DNA of 64,000 nt from Myxococcota bacterium (GCA_048623775.1 JBMCXW010000004.1:14406-78405); one strand, 5' to 3'. Counted from the first letter of the stretch, positions 33,602 through 43,629 are shown. The notes: generated by a model not told the origin, from the sequence alone. Numbers and translations are program-made.

Positions 33602-34546
33602 ATGAGAAAGCGCACCGTCGGACGAACCGAGCTCCGCCTGTCCCAGATCGCCCTCGGCACCTGGGGCCTCGCGGCCGAATCCTACGGCCCCGCCACCGAG
33701 CGGGACCTGGAGGAGACGGTGACCGCCGCGCTGGAGACGGGCATCACCACGTTCGATCTGGCACCGCTGTGGGGCGACGGGCGGGCCGAGCGCGTGGTGG
33801 GCCGGGCCACGGCGGCCCGTCGCGGCGAGGTGCAGTACGTCACCCGTGCCGGCGTGACCCGGGACGACGAAGGGCACGTGCAGCGTCGCTTCGACTTCGA
33901 GCATCTCGTGGCCGACTGCGACGCATCGCTTCAGCGGCTCGGCACCGACCGTCTCGACCTCTGGCTTCTGCACAACCCCCTCGACGGGACGTGGGACCGG
34001 GACGACTGGCAGGAGGCGCCGGTACGGCTCAAACGCGAGGGCAAGATCCGTTGCTGGGGCGCCTCCGTGAGCACGGCCGATCAGGCCCGCCGCGCCCTCG
34101 CCGCGGGTGCGGACGCCGTGTGCCTGGTCCACAACCTGCTCGCTTGCGACGACGTGGAAGACCTGGCGAGCGACCTGGCGGTGGCCGGATGCGGCGTGCT
34201 GGCCCGCTCCCCGCTCGCCTATGGGTTGCTGTCGGGCACCTGGGACGAGACGCGAACCTTCGAAGCGGACGACCACCGGCGACACCGATGGACGTCGGAC
34301 GCCTTGCGCCAGCGCATCCGTCAGGCCGGCACGTTGCGGTTCCTGATCCGCGAGGACATTCCGGACATGGCCTCGGCCTCGCTCCGCTTCGTGCTCTCGA
34401 ACCCCTCGGTAACCTGCGCCCTGGTGGGGGCCCGAAGCCCGGCGCAGGTCCGCGCGGCCGCCGCCGCGGTGGAGGGGCCGCCCCCCTACCTGAGCGACGA
34501 AGACCTGGTGCGGGTGTCCCAGGTGCTCGCCGCCGTCGGGGTGTGA
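33602..34546 (+). CDS. Aldo/keto reductase
   Basis: LRLSQIALGTWGL, TFDLAPLWGDG, DLWLLHNP, GASV; 314 aa. Confidence 0.85.
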   Translation: MRKRTVGRTELRLSQIALGTWGLAAESYGPATERDLEETVTAALETGITTFDLAPLWGDGRAERVVGRATAARRGEVQYVTRAGVTRDDEGHVQRRFDFEHLVADCDASLQRLGTDRLDLWLLHNPLDGTWDRDDWQEAPVRLKREGKIRCWGASVSTADQARRALAAGADAVCLVHNLLACDDVEDLASDLAVAGCGVLARSPLAYGLLSGTWDETRTFEADDHRRHRWTSDALRQRIRQAGTLRFLIREDIPDMASASLRFVLSNPSVTCALVGARSPAQVRAAAAAVEGPPPYLSDEDLVRVSQVLAAVGV

Positions 34547-34552
34547 TATCTG

Positions 34553-36223
34553 ATGGGCCAGGTGTCGGATCCCCCCATCCACGCGCGAACGGCCCGGGAG
34601 CTGTTGCGAGCCATGGACGACGGCGAGCTGTCGTCGCGCGCTCTGGTCGAGGCGCTGCACCACCGGGCGGACGCGGTGGAGCCGTCGATCAACGCGCTGG
34701 TGCAGGAGCTGCGCGAGGAGGCGCTCGCCCGCGCGGACGAGGCCGACGAGGCACGCGGACGGGGCGAGCGGTGGGGTCCGCTGCACGGCTTGCCCATCAC
34801 GATCAAGGAGAACGTGGAGACCCGCGGCCTCCCATCTACCCTCGGCATGCGAGCCCGCCGCGCGCTGCAATCCACGGCGGACGCCGCCGTGGTACGCGTG
34901 GCACGGGAAGCGGGCGCAATCATCCTCGCCAAGACGAACGTGCCCCAGACCTTGCTGTCGCCCATGGAAACGACGAACGCCCTCTGGGGCACGACGCGCA
35001 ACCCGTGGAGCCTCGATCACGGCCCCGGCGGTTCGAGCGGCGGCGAAGGGGCGGCGCTCGCCAGCGGCACCAGCGTCCTCGGCATCGGCACCGACATCGG
35101 CGGCTCGATCCGAAGCCCGGCGACCTTCTGTGGCGTGGCAGGGCTCAAGCCCACGGGCCACCGGTGGTCCAACCGCGGCTCCCGCACGGCCCTCGTGGGG
35201 CAGGAGGTGATCCGCTCGCAGATCGGCCCCATGGCCCGCACCGCGGACGACGTGGCGCTTCTCTTCCAGGCGCTCGATCCACTCCGGCAGGCGGCCCTGG
35301 ATCCGAGCGTCCCGCCCCTGCCCGTCCCCGATCCCGCCGCGGTGGACGTGTCCGCTCTGCGCATCGGCGTCTACGAGGACGATGGGTTCTTCCGTCCGGC
35401 GGCCGCCGTGCGACGCGCCGTCCGGGAGGCCGCAGACGCCCTCGAGCGTGCCGGCGCCGAGATCCTGCCGTACGAGCCGCCGAACGTGCAGGAGGTCGTG
35501 GATCTGTACTTCGCAGCCCTGAGCAGCGACGGGATGGCCACCCTGCGCGAGGCCCTGGACGGCGAGCCCATCATCGACCCCCTCAAGACCATGTTCCGGA
35601 TCGGGCAGATGCCCGCGGCGGCGCGCCGCGGCCTGCGCATGGCCGCACGCGCCATGCGGGAGCGGCGGCTCGCCAACCTCCTCGCGCAGATCGGCGAGAA
35701 GTCCGTGGCCGACCTGTGGCGGCTGAGCGCCCGCCGAACGGAGCTGGGGGTGGAGGAGGCACGCGCGTGGAACGACCGCGCATTGGACGCGGTCGTGTGC
35801 CCGGCGTCGGTCACCCCCGCCTGCCCCCACGGGACGAGCCACGACTTCACGCTCGGCATCTGCTACGTGGCGCGCTACAACTTGCTCAACATGCCGGCGG
35901 GGGTCGTACCGGTCACGCGCGTCCGAGCCGACGAGCTCGTGCGGGACAAGCCGCGCGACCGCCTCGACCGGCGGGCCGCGCAGATCGAGGCGGCGAGCGC
36001 CGGGCTGCCGGTAGGGGTGCAAGTGGCCGGGCGCCCCTGGCGCGAAGAGGTGGTCCTGGCCGTGATGCGCGCCATCGAGACGCGGGTGCGGGACGGCCGC
36101 GACTTCCCCCGCACCCCGGTCGATCCGGTCGGCTCGCAGGAGCTTCGGAGCGCCGTCGCGCGGGCCGGGGGCCGGACCGAGGAGTCGGCATACGAGATCT
36201 TCAAGCGGCTCGGAGGCGACTGA
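34553..36223 (+). CDS. Amidase-signature (Ser-cisSer-Lys) amidase
   Basis: ITIKENVETRG (catalytic-Lys context) and GGSSGGEGAALASG...GTDIGGSIRSPA signature; 556 aa. Confidence 0.9.
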   Translation: MGQVSDPPIHARTARELLRAMDDGELSSRALVEALHHRADAVEPSINALVQELREEALARADEADEARGRGERWGPLHGLPITIKENVETRGLPSTLGMRARRALQSTADAAVVRVAREAGAIILAKTNVPQTLLSPMETTNALWGTTRNPWSLDHGPGGSSGGEGAALASGTSVLGIGTDIGGSIRSPATFCGVAGLKPTGHRWSNRGSRTALVGQEVIRSQIGPMARTADDVALLFQALDPLRQAALDPSVPPLPVPDPAAVDVSALRIGVYEDDGFFRPAAAVRRAVREAADALERAGAEILPYEPPNVQEVVDLYFAALSSDGMATLREALDGEPIIDPLKTMFRIGQMPAAARRGLRMAARAMRERRLANLLAQIGEKSVADLWRLSARRTELGVEEARAWNDRALDAVVCPASVTPACPHGTSHDFTLGICYVARYNLLNMPAGVVPVTRVRADELVRDKPRDRLDRRAAQIEAASAGLPVGVQVAGRPWREEVVLAVMRAIETRVRDGRDFPRTPVDPVGSQELRSAVARAGGRTEESAYEIFKRLGGD

Positions 36224-36235
36224 CCGGAGGCGGGG

Positions 36236-37000
36236 ATGGAGGCGATTCCCTTCGGCGCCGTCGGACTCGTGCTGTTCATGGTGGCCTGCATCGCCGTGGG
36301 CCTGCGCCTGATTCGGCTGTGGCGCATCACCCATCTGTTGCCCGAGCTGCTCCTGGCGGTGGCGCTTCTGGGCACCGGTTTCCTCGGGTTCGCGCTGGAA
36401 GCGGCGGCCCGCATGGTGCCCGATCTTCCGGAGCTCGCCCGCTTAGGGCTCGTGCTGGCGGGCCTGTCCGGTGAGTACCTGGGTGCTTTCGCCCTTTTCG
36501 TCTTCGTTCGAAGGGTGTTCCGTCCGCAGGCGCGTTGGGCGGCGGTCCTGGCCTGGCTCGGTGGGGCGCTCCTCGTGACCGCCGTGGTCGGCGAATGCGC
36601 CTCGGGCCAGTACCTGCGCTACATCGACCGCGAGCCGTCGCGGGGGCCGTTCGTTCCGCTCGGCATCGCCGCCCGGGGTCTCGCTCCTCTTTGGACGGCG
36701 CTCGAGTCGTTCCGCTACCACCGGATGCTACGACGCCGGGTTCGCATCGGCCTCGCCGACCCGATGGTGGTGCACCGGGTGGCCCTGTGGGGCACGGCCA
36801 CCGCCGCGTCCCTCGCGGCGCACGTCGTGGCCGTCGCGCACCGGGTACGCTGGGGCACCGCCCTCGAGGCGGACCCTTGGGCGCTCAACCTCGTGTCCGC
36901 ACTGGCGCTGGTCGCGGCCACCTGCATCGCCCTGGCCTTCTTCCCCCCGGCGACCTATCGACAGTGGGTTCGCCGCCGCGGCGCCCCCGCCTCCGGTTAG
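36236..37000 (+). CDS. Hypothetical polytopic membrane protein (about 6-7 TM)
   Basis: Hydrophobic segments throughout. 12-nt gap after the amidase gene. No family recognised. Confidence 0.6.
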   Translation: MEAIPFGAVGLVLFMVACIAVGLRLIRLWRITHLLPELLLAVALLGTGFLGFALEAAARMVPDLPELARLGLVLAGLSGEYLGAFALFVFVRRVFRPQARWAAVLAWLGGALLVTAVVGECASGQYLRYIDREPSRGPFVPLGIAARGLAPLWTALESFRYHRMLRRRVRIGLADPMVVHRVALWGTATAASLAAHVVAVAHRVRWGTALEADPWALNLVSALALVAATCIALAFFPPATYRQWVRRRGAPASG

Positions 37001-37818
37001 CCCACGAGCCCCACGTCCCGGCCCACCTCGTGAACCACGGGCACCACGGCATCGAAGGCTGCGGCATTGCACGCCAGGATGCCGCCCGCGTTGCGCAGGT
37101 CGGCGCCGCCGTACCGGAACGGGCGACCGGCCATGTCCGCGAACCGCCCACCGGCGGCGCGAAGGATCGCCTCGGGACCGCAGGCATCCCAGGCATAGGA
37201 GCGATCGGAGGGGTGGACGTACAGGTCCGCCCGGCGCTCGGCGATCATCCCGATCTTGAGCCCGACCGATCCGCTGGACGCCTCGTCGGCAATGCCCAGC
37301 CGCTGCTTGATCCGGTCGGTGGCTTCCGAACGGTGGGAGCGGGAGACCACCAACCGCAGCGCCGCCGGATCGGCCGCCTCGCTCACGCGCAGCTCCTCCG
37401 TCCCGCCCGCCCGCTCCAGGTGGGCGCCCTCGCCCACCACGCCCCTGTACAGCTTGTCGGCGGCAGGCTGGTAAACCACGCCGAGCCGCGCCTCGCCGTC
37501 CACCGCCAGGCCCAGCATGATGGCGAACTCCCCGTTCTTGGCCAGGAACTCCTTGGTGCCGTCCAGCGGGTCCACGTACCAGCAACGGCCCCTTTCGAGG
37601 GCATCGCTCCGGTCCGGCGACTCCTCCGCCACCACGCCATCGCCGGGGAACAGCCGGCGAAGCTCGGCCACCAGGTACTCGTTCGCCCGGTGATCCGCTT
37701 CGGTCACCGGGTCGGACTCGCCCTTGAGGTGCACCGCCACGTCCCCCTCGTACAGGGACATCACGATGCGACCCGCCTCGCGCGCCATGCGCGTGGCCTC
37801 CTGCAGCTCGCGCTTCAT
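36997..37818 (-). CDS. cysQ: Inositol-monophosphatase superfamily, CysQ-like 3'(2'),5'-bisphosphate nucleotidase
   Basis: VVAEESPD, WYVDPLDGTKEF, YAWDACGPEAILRAAGG. ATG 37818 inside a longer track ORF. Confidence 0.75.
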   Translation of the reverse strand: MKRELQEATRMAREAGRIVMSLYEGDVAVHLKGESDPVTEADHRANEYLVAELRRLFPGDGVVAEESPDRSDALERGRCWYVDPLDGTKEFLAKNGEFAIMLGLAVDGEARLGVVYQPAADKLYRGVVGEGAHLERAGGTEELRVSEAADPAALRLVVSRSHRSEATDRIKQRLGIADEASSGSVGLKIGMIAERRADLYVHPSDRSYAWDACGPEAILRAAGGRFADMAGRPFRYGGADLRNAGGILACNAAAFDAVVPVVHEVGRDVGLVG

Positions 37819-37831
37819 CGGCGCGGGTCTA

Positions 37832-38653
37832 TCACTTCGCAACCAACTGGACCAGCAGGGCCCCGCTGCCTCCCAAATGCGCCGGCGCGGTGGCGAACGC
37901 CTCCACCAGGGGCGCCGCGACGCCCTCGGTGAGCACCTCGACGGCGAGGTCGCCGAGCACGCCCACGCCGCCCTCGCTGTGCTGCCCCTTGCCGACCACC
38001 ACCAGGAGCGTTCGCCGACCCTCGCGGTGACGATCGCGCACGAAACGCCGGAGCGCCTGCTCCGCCTCCGCGGCGGCCATCCCGTGCAAGTCGATGCGGG
38101 CCTCGGCGGCGACGCCGGGGCGGCGCAGCCGGCGCAGCGCCTCCTTCGGCGCCCCCTCCCGCAGCGCCTCCACCCACCCTTCGTCCCGCTCCAGGCGGAA
38201 GCGCACGCCTCCGCCCACCAGCGCATCGAGCCGCGCCCGCGCCTGTGCCTGCGCCTCCGCGGAGGCGGGGGCAAAAGCCGGGTCGGCCGGAGCCCGGAGA
38301 GGGCGGCGCCGGCCGGCGGATCCCCGGCGGGCAGGCAACGGCTGCACGTCCGCGAAGGCCTGGGCGAAGGCCACCCGGTCCTCGTAGCTGTGGCGAGGAT
38401 CCGTGGATGGCTCACGGCGCTCCTTCGGATCCGGCGCCGGGGCCGGGGGCGAGCTCGGCACCGGCTCCGGCGGGGCGGGCCCGGGGGGCGGCAGGGTATG
38501 CGGATCGCTGCTGCGCCGCCCCTGGCCCGACTGTTCCTCCGCCCGCAGCCCGCGGAGCGCCTCGGCAAACGGACGGTTGAGCCGGGTCGGGGCCCCCGCC
38601 GCCGCCGGCTCGGCCTCCTTGGCCGGCCGCTTCCGTTTCTTCCGCCGACCCAT
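37832..38653 (-). CDS. Smr (small MutS-related) domain protein with basic/Pro-rich N-terminal region
   Basis: C-terminal Smr domain ARIDLHGMAAAEAEQALRRFV...LLVVVGKGQHSEGGVGVLGDLAVEVL. N-terminus MGRRKKRKRPAKE. Confidence 0.8.
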   Translation of the reverse strand: MGRRKKRKRPAKEAEPAAAGAPTRLNRPFAEALRGLRAEEQSGQGRRSSDPHTLPPPGPAPPEPVPSSPPAPAPDPKERREPSTDPRHSYEDRVAFAQAFADVQPLPARRGSAGRRRPLRAPADPAFAPASAEAQAQARARLDALVGGGVRFRLERDEGWVEALREGAPKEALRRLRRPGVAAEARIDLHGMAAAEAEQALRRFVRDRHREGRRTLLVVVGKGQHSEGGVGVLGDLAVEVLTEGVAAPLVEAFATAPAHLGGSGALLVQLVAK

Positions 38654-38687
38654 CCTTTCAGCATAGCGCAGGGCGCGTCCCCTTCAC

Positions 38688-38713
38688 CCGGCCGCCATTC
38701 CCGGCCGCCATTC
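38688..38713. repeat. 13-bp direct tandem repeat (ccggccgccattc x2) in the smr/HK divergent intergenic region
   Basis: Read directly at 38688-38700 and 38701-38713. Flanked at a distance by the inverted 8-mers CATAGCGC (38662-38669) and GCGCTATG (38753-38760). Confidence 0.8.
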
Positions 38714-38794
38714 CCGGAGCCGAGCCGATGGCCGTGCTCCGCGATTGCACCCGCGCTATGTTTCGGGCGCTTCGGGGGCGAAGAGAGCATCGTC

Positions 38795-40984
38795 TTGCGC
38801 GACGTCTCCTGCACCACCACCGCCTCCGCGCTCGAGGTCCTCGAGCGAATGGGGGTGCCGCCCGAAGATGTGGTCAGCGGCCTGCCCGTGGACCTCGCGA
38901 GGCTCCGGTCGCCGAGCAAGACGATCGACTGGGATACCTTCGCCGCCTTCATGGACAAGGTGGGCGAGCGCATCGGTCCGGACGGGCTGCAGCGGATGGG
39001 GGCCATGCTCTTCGACGCCCCGTCCTTCCGGTACGTGAGCTTCCTGGCGGGGATGTTGGTGACCCCACGCCAGGTCCTCCGCATCACGGAGCGGCTCCTC
39101 GGCCCCGCGCTCTTTCCGCTGCTCCATCGGCAGCTCGAGGAGCTCCCGGACGGGCGCTTGCGGCTGACCCTGGAGGTCCCCCCCGGCCACCGCGTCTCCG
39201 AAGCCTTCTTCCTGAGCGTCGCAGGGAACCTTCAGGCCATCCCGCGGATCTTCGACCTGCCGGACGCGCGCATGGAGCTGATGATGGAGGGACGCCGGGC
39301 GGCCTTCACGCTCGGGCTCCCGGAGGAACGCTGGCTCGACCGGGTGCGACGCACCGTGCGGGCCGTGCGGCACCCGAGATCGGTGGTGACGAGCCTGGTC
39401 GAGCGCCGCAAGGCACTCCAGAGCAGCTACGACGCGCTCGCGCGCTTCCGCCAGGACTTCCAGACGGTCATCGAGCGACTGCCGGACGGGGTGGCCGTCC
39501 TGCGTGGCGGCAAGGTCCTGTACGCCAACCGGGCCGTCATCGAAGGGCTCGGCTACGAGCGCCTCGACGAGGTGGCGCAAAGGCCCGTCACGGACTTCCT
39601 TCCACGCGAGGAGCAGGAGCGCCTCGCCCGATCGCTCGTTCGCAGCGAAGGGCGACCGCCGGCCGGAGAAGTGGCCCTGCGTCGCCGCGACGATCGGCAA
39701 GTGGTGTTCGAGATCCTGCCGGTACAGGTCATCGACTTCGAGGGCGAGCCCGCCAACCTGGTCGTGGTCCGGGACGTGACGGACCGGAAGCGCCTGCAGC
39801 AGCAGCTCATGCTCGCAGACCGCATGGCGTCGCTCGGCACGCTGGCAGCCGGGGTGGCACACGAGGTGAACAACCCGCTGGCGTACGCCCACATCAGCTT
39901 GCACACGCTCGCGCGCCATCTGAACGAGCTGAAAGTCGGGGAAGCCGCCGGCGCGCAGCGCCTCGGGGCCATGAAGGAGGCCCTCGCCGCGGCCCAGCAC
40001 GGCGTCGATCGCGTCCGCACGATCGTCGGCGATCTGCGCACGTTCTCCCGGCCCGACGACGAGAGCGTGGTGCCGGTGGACGTGCACCGGGTGCTCGAGT
40101 CGGCCATCAGCATGGCCGCCCAGGAGCTGCGCCACCGGGCGCGGCTCGTACGCGACTACGACGAGGTGCCTCGCGTGCTCGCCAACGACGCCCGGTTGGG
40201 GCAGGTGTTCTTGAACCTGCTCGTCAACGCCGCGCAGGCCATGCGCGAGGAACGGCGGTCCCGCAACGTCATCCGCCTGCAGACCCACGCCGAGCCGAAC
40301 GGGAACGTGACGGTGGAGGTGATCGACAACGGTCCGGGAATCCCTCCCGAGATTCTGGAGCACGTCTTCGCTCCCTTCGTCACGACCAAGCCCTCCGGCG
40401 TGGGGACCGGGCTGGGTCTGTCCATTTGTCACCGCATCGTCACGCGGCTGGGAGGGCAGATCGGCGTGGAATCGGCGCCCGACCGCGGCACCACGGTTCG
40501 CGTCACGCTTCCCCCGGCGGAGGCCGTGCCCGAGAGCAGCTCCGATAGCAGCTCCGATCGGTCCCTGGCCCCCGCCGAAGGGACCGGCCCGCGCGGCCGC
40601 GTTCTGGTGGTCGACGACGAGCCGGTCCTGCTGCGCACCCTCGAGTCCCTCCTGGCGCCGCGTCACGAGGTGGTGACCGCCGGCAGCGGCCGATCGGCGC
40701 TCGAGCTGCTGACCGAGGACGGAGACTTCGACCTGATTCTCTGCGACCTGATGATGAACGGCGTGACCGGCATGGACGTTTACGAGAAGCTGAAGCGAAG
40801 CCGGCCCGGCCTGGAGCGCCGCATCGTCTTCATGACCGGCGGGGCCTTCACCAGCACCACCCGCCGCTTCCTCGCTCAGGTCGACAACCCCTGTCTCGAC
40901 AAGCCCTTCGCGGTCGAGGACGTGCTCGACCTGGTACGCAGGCAGCTCGCCTCCGCCGGCGCGGTGCGGGCGGACCGGGTCTGA
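38795..40984 (+). CDS. Cytoplasmic hybrid sensor histidine kinase (N-terminal AraC-type ligand-binding-like domain, PAS, HisKA, HATPase, receiver)
   Basis: H-box [12 protein letters not shown] boxes [40 protein letters not shown]...[10 protein letters not shown]...KP. PAS-like [19 protein letters not shown]. Start is uncertain: TTG 38795 after GGGGGCGAAGAGAG is my best guess; no in-frame ATG until codon ~22. Confidence 0.85.
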   Translation: MRDVSCTTTASALEVLERMGVPPEDVVSGLPVDLARLRSPSKTIDWDTFAAFMDKVGERIGPDGLQRMGAMLFDAPSFRYVSFLAGMLVTPRQVLRITERLLGPALFPLLHRQLEELPDGRLRLTLEVPPGHRVSEAFFLSVAGNLQAIPRIFDLPDARMELMMEGRRAAFTLGLPEERWLDRVRRTVRAVRHPRSVVTSLVERRKALQSSYDALARFRQDFQTVIERLPDGVAVLRGGKVLYANRAVIEGLGYERLDEVAQRPVTDFLPREEQERLARSLVRSEGRPPAGEVALRRRDDRQVVFEILPVQVIDFEGEPANLVVVRDVTDRKRLQQQLMLADRMASLGTLAAGVAHEVNNPLAYAHISLHTLARHLNELKVGEAAGAQRLGAMKEALAAAQHGVDRVRTIVGDLRTFSRPDDESVVPVDVHRVLESAISMAAQELRHRARLVRDYDEVPRVLANDARLGQVFLNLLVNAAQAMREERRSRNVIRLQTHAEPNGNVTVEVIDNGPGIPPEILEHVFAPFVTTKPSGVGTGLGLSICHRIVTRLGGQIGVESAPDRGTTVRVTLPPAEAVPESSSDSSSDRSLAPAEGTGPRGRVLVVDDEPVLLRTLESLLAPRHEVVTAGSGRSALELLTEDGDFDLILCDLMMNGVTGMDVYEKLKRSRPGLERRIVFMTGGAFTSTTRRFLAQVDNPCLDKPFAVEDVLDLVRRQLASAGAVRADRV

Positions 40985-41007
40985 TCGGCGCGCCCGGAGC
41001 ACGACCG

Positions 41008-41469
41008 GTGGACACGAGCCGGGGAGGTGACCAACGTTGGACGGTGGGCGGCACTTTGCGTCAACGGGGCCACCGGCAGGTCGATCACACCGCCGATCTG
41101 GCGCTGGAGCTGTGGGCACCGGATGAGCCTTCCCTGCTCGTGGAAGGGGCGCGGGCGGTCATCGCGGAGATGACGGGCGGGGGGCCGGTGCGGGCAAACG
41201 CCACGCGCCCGGTGGCGCTTCAAGCGCTGGACGCCGAAGACCGGCTCGTGCAGTGGCTCAACGAGGTGATCTGGATGGCCACCAGAGACGGCTTTCTGAC
41301 CGCGGACGCGACGCTCACCCTGACCGGCGGCCACCTACGGGGCTCGGTCCATGGCGAAGCGGACGCGGCCAGCCGCATCCAAACGGAGCTCAAGAGCGCC
41401 ACCTACCACGGCCTCCGCATCCGCAAGCGGAACGACCTCTACCACGCCACCGTCGTGATCGACGTGTGA
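41008..41469 (+). CDS. Archease (RtcB activator)
   Basis: VDHTADLALELWA near the N-terminus and SATYHGLRI...ATVVIDV at the C-terminus are archease hallmarks. The true start may be the internal GTG 41044 or TTG 41056. Confidence 0.85.
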   Translation: MDTSRGGDQRWTVGGTLRQRGHRQVDHTADLALELWAPDEPSLLVEGARAVIAEMTGGGPVRANATRPVALQALDAEDRLVQWLNEVIWMATRDGFLTADATLTLTGGHLRGSVHGEADAASRIQTELKSATYHGLRIRKRNDLYHATVVIDV

Positions 41470-41474
41470 GAGAC

Positions 41475-42914
41475 ATGAACACGCGCCTGGAGAAGATCGA
41501 CGCCTATCGATGGCAGATTCCCCGCGAAGGGCCCATGCGGGTGCCGGGGCTGGTGTACGCCACGACGGCGATGATCGATTCGATCCGCTCCGACCAGAGC
41601 CTTCGGCAGGTCGCGAACGTGGCGGCGCTACCCGGCATCGTGGGCCACTCGATCGCCATGCCCGACATCCACTGGGGCTACGGGTTCCCCATCGGCGGGG
41701 TCGCGGCCTTCGACGAGCACGAGGGCGTGCTCAGCCCCGGGGGCGTCGGATACGACATCAATTGCGGCGTGCGGCTCCTCCGCAGCGGGATTCCTCGCAC
41801 CGAGCTCGGGGGCAGGCTCGAGCAGCTCAGCCTGGAGCTCTTCGAGGCGGTCCCCTCCGGCGTGGGCTCCAAGAGCCCGGTTGGATTGACGCACCGGGAG
41901 CTCGAGCAGGTGTTGGTGAAGGGCGCCCGGTGGGCGGTGGAGCAGGGGCACGGGCGACCCGACGACCTCGAGGTCCTGGAGGAGCACGGGTGCATGCCCG
42001 GCGCCGATCCCGATACGGTCGGCGAGCGGGCGAAGGAGCGCGGACGCCCCCAGCTCGGGTCCTTGGGCTCGGGGAACCACTTCTGCGAGCTCGGCTGGGT
42101 CGCCGACGTCTACGACGAGGAAGCCGCCCGCGCCTTCGGCCTCGAGCAGGGGCACCTGACGGTGCTCATCCACTCGGGCAGCCGGGGGCTCGGCTACCAG
42201 GTCTGCGACGACTCCCTGCGCGCCATGATCAAGGCTTCCGACAAGTACGGCATCGATCTGCCCGACCGCCAGCTCTGTGCGGCGCCCCTCCACAGCCCCG
42301 AGGCACAGCGGTATTTCCGCGCCATGGCCTGCGCCATCAACTTCGCCTTCGCGAACCGCCAGATGATGACCGACTTCGTGCGCCGGGCGATGGAGAGGCA
42401 TTTCGGCCGCAGCGCCGAGGAGCTCCGGCTCGAGGTCGTGTACGACGTCTGCCACAACATCGCGAAGTGGGAGGAGCACGAGGTGGAGGGGGAGCGGCGC
42501 CGCCTGTGCGTGCACCGCAAGGGCGCCACCCGGGCGTACGGCCCCGGCCGACCCGAGGTGCCGGAGGCCTACCGGCACGTGGGGCAACCGGTGCTGGTCC
42601 CGGGCGACATGGGCCGCTACAGCTTCGTGCTCGCCGGCAACGACCGGGCCATGCGCGAGACCTGGGGCTCGAGCTGCCACGGCGCGGGCCGCAGGATGTC
42701 CCGCAAGGCGGCCCGGCGCGCGGTCAAGGGGCGCCCCATCTTCCGCGAGCTGCGAGATCGGGGCATCCACGTCCGGAGCGACGCCAAGGGCACCGTGCTC
42801 GAGGAGACGTCCGAGGCCTACAAGGACGTGGCCGACGTCGTCGAGGCCACCCACGGCGCCGGCCTCGCCCGCAAGGTCGCGCGCCTCGAGCCCCTGGCCG
42901 TGATCAAGGGATAG
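41475..42914 (+). CDS. rtcB: RNA 3'-phosphate/5'-OH ligase RtcB
   Basis: PDIHWGYGFPIGG, GGVGYDINCGVR, GSGNHFCE, HSGSRGLG, VHRKGAT, SCHGAGR. 5-nt gap after the archease gene. Confidence 0.95.
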   Translation: MNTRLEKIDAYRWQIPREGPMRVPGLVYATTAMIDSIRSDQSLRQVANVAALPGIVGHSIAMPDIHWGYGFPIGGVAAFDEHEGVLSPGGVGYDINCGVRLLRSGIPRTELGGRLEQLSLELFEAVPSGVGSKSPVGLTHRELEQVLVKGARWAVEQGHGRPDDLEVLEEHGCMPGADPDTVGERAKERGRPQLGSLGSGNHFCELGWVADVYDEEAARAFGLEQGHLTVLIHSGSRGLGYQVCDDSLRAMIKASDKYGIDLPDRQLCAAPLHSPEAQRYFRAMACAINFAFANRQMMTDFVRRAMERHFGRSAEELRLEVVYDVCHNIAKWEEHEVEGERRRLCVHRKGATRAYGPGRPEVPEAYRHVGQPVLVPGDMGRYSFVLAGNDRAMRETWGSSCHGAGRRMSRKAARRAVKGRPIFRELRDRGIHVRSDAKGTVLEETSEAYKDVADVVEATHGAGLARKVARLEPLAVIKG

Positions 42915-43123
42915 CTTCCGGCCCAGAGCTCCTTCCGAGCCCGGAGGGTCGGGCGAGGTTCCCTTGCCCGGCCGGCCGTGGTTCGTGGCGGATGTGCGGC
43001 GTGCGGGGCGAGCTGCCCCGGAGGGTCCGCCGAAATCATTGGTGTTTTTGGCGATGGATCCTTTCCTGCCTCCCTGCACCGGTGCTCCAACTCAAGGGGA
43101 TTGCACTGGAAAGGAGCCACAGC

Positions 43124-43597
43124 ATGGAGCTTTCGGAGACCCGCCGGCGGGCGAGCACCGCCGCGCTCACCGTGCTTCGCCTCACCCTGGGGATCATCAT
43201 GACCGCCCACGGCTGGCAGAAGCTCGTCGACACGCAGGCGACCATCGAAGGGTTCACCCAAATGGGGGTCCCCGCCCCGGGTGTGACGGTGTACCTCGCC
43301 ATGGCCGGGGAGCTCCTCGGGGGGCTGGGGCTCATCTTCGGCGCCCTCACGCCGGTGGCGGCTTTCGGGGTGCTCGCCGTCATGGTGGGCGCCATCTTCA
43401 CCGTGCACATCGGCAACGGGTTGTTCGCCCAGAACAATGGATGGGAGTTTCCTCTGCTGATCCTGATGACCTCGCTGTACTTCATGGCCCGCGGGGCCGG
43501 CCCGGTCAGCGTCGATGCGCTCGTGCGCCAGCGCGCCCGCGCCGGGGAAGGACGGCGCCGGGAGCGTGAGCACCCTCCTCGCGAAGCGCACGGCTAG
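43124..43597 (+). CDS. DoxX-family membrane protein
   Basis: RLTLGIIMTAHGWQKL, and four TM helices. RBS AAGGAG before ATG 43124. Confidence 0.85.
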   Translation: MELSETRRRASTAALTVLRLTLGIIMTAHGWQKLVDTQATIEGFTQMGVPAPGVTVYLAMAGELLGGLGLIFGALTPVAAFGVLAVMVGAIFTVHIGNGLFAQNNGWEFPLLILMTSLYFMARGAGPVSVDALVRQRARAGEGRRREREHPPREAHG

Positions 43598-43629
43598 CGC
43601 CGCCGCCGGCCGTGCTAAATGGGGAAGCG

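Noticed and set aside
42915-43123. The 210-bp rtcB-doxX intergenic region as a small RNA or terminator (T-run ggtgtttttgg at about 43041).
   Set aside because: I could not find a convincing GC-rich stem immediately upstream of the T-run, or any conserved-looking structure. It may simply hold the doxX promoter.
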